Shown in pieces: positions 63,815 through 64,000 of a stretch of DNA of 64,000 bases (the first letter of the stretch is position 1; the number at the start of each line of letters is the position of its first letter). A program made the position numbers and the translations under genes. Source of the DNA: Planctomycetota bacterium (lineage in GTDB: Bacteria > Planctomycetota > Planctomycetia > Pirellulales > JADFKK01). The stretch covers positions 1,352 to 65,351 of the forward strand of contig JADFKK010000005.1 of the NCBI GenBank assembly GCA_022564995.1, in the 5' to 3' direction. The notes beneath the pieces were generated by a model that saw only the letters and a list, made by a program, of their open reading frames with translations, did not search any database and was not told the DNA's origin.

Positions 63815-64000
63815 TCAGTTCTGCGCCTCGCCGGCGGTCGCGTTGGTGGCGCCTGCCATATCTCTGCTGGCCACAGCGCGCGCCCGGTCCGAGGCTCCGG
63901 TTGGGTTTTTCAAGATGTATTTGCCAATGGCAAGATAGTCCAAATGTCCGATGTCGAATGCCCGCAGCGCGTCGGCCGGCGAGCAGACAATCGGTTCTTC
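63815..64000 (-). CDS. carbamoyltransferase, C-terminal fragment (gene continues beyond the window)
   Basis: My own translation of the minus strand gives EEPIVCSPADALRAFDIGHLDYLAIGKYILKN...AQN-stop (TGA at 63815-63817). It is parallel to the C-terminus GEPIVCTPADAYRCFMATDMDVLVLENFVLLK of the 33306-35144 enzyme. It is absent from the ORF track because its start is outside the window. Confidence 0.7.
   Translation of the reverse strand, partial: EEPIVCSPADALRAFDIGHLDYLAIGKYILKNPTGASDRARAVASRDMAGATNATAGEAQN

Overview
This is a 64-kb high-GC bacterial chromosomal segment. Its gene content points to Planctomycetota, probably Pirellulales-like. Supporting features are a PSCyt1/DUF1549/DUF1553 protein, three giant secreted multidomain proteins sharing an N-terminal FE.LE.R.LL motif, a PEP-CTERM protein, a sulfatase remnant and many long intergenic palindromes. 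Housekeeping genes are a chlorite-dismutase/HemQ-like gene, a HemW-like radical SAM gene, pheA, a dihydroorotase, an RNase Z-like MBL hydrolase and an NtrB/NtrC-type two-component pair. They are interleaved with accessory material:
- a RAYT (HUH/Y1) transposase surrounded by eight REP copies arranged as REPIN-like inverted pairs;
- a lower-GC tail-to-tail DNA methyltransferase and putative endonuclease pair;
- a lower-GC two-gene PIN-toxin module with an atypically large partner;
- a TiaS-kinase-domain-like gene translationally coupled to a membrane protein;
- a carbamoyltransferase/SxtJ/DUF5989 triad abutting a decayed sulfatase gene;
- a right-hand envelope glycan/lipid modification cluster with GT4, epimerase, three SAM methyltransferases, a flippase-like protein and a second carbamoyltransferase.
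The most notable signal is a thioredoxin-fold ORF (35635-36909) interrupted by a single in-frame TGA. The TGA lies inside a C-x-x-[TGA]-x-x-C redox motif and is followed by a SECIS-like stem-loop, so this is a candidate selenoprotein. No rRNA, intact tRNA or CRISPR array was found. All homology calls come from motif recognition by eye, not database searches.
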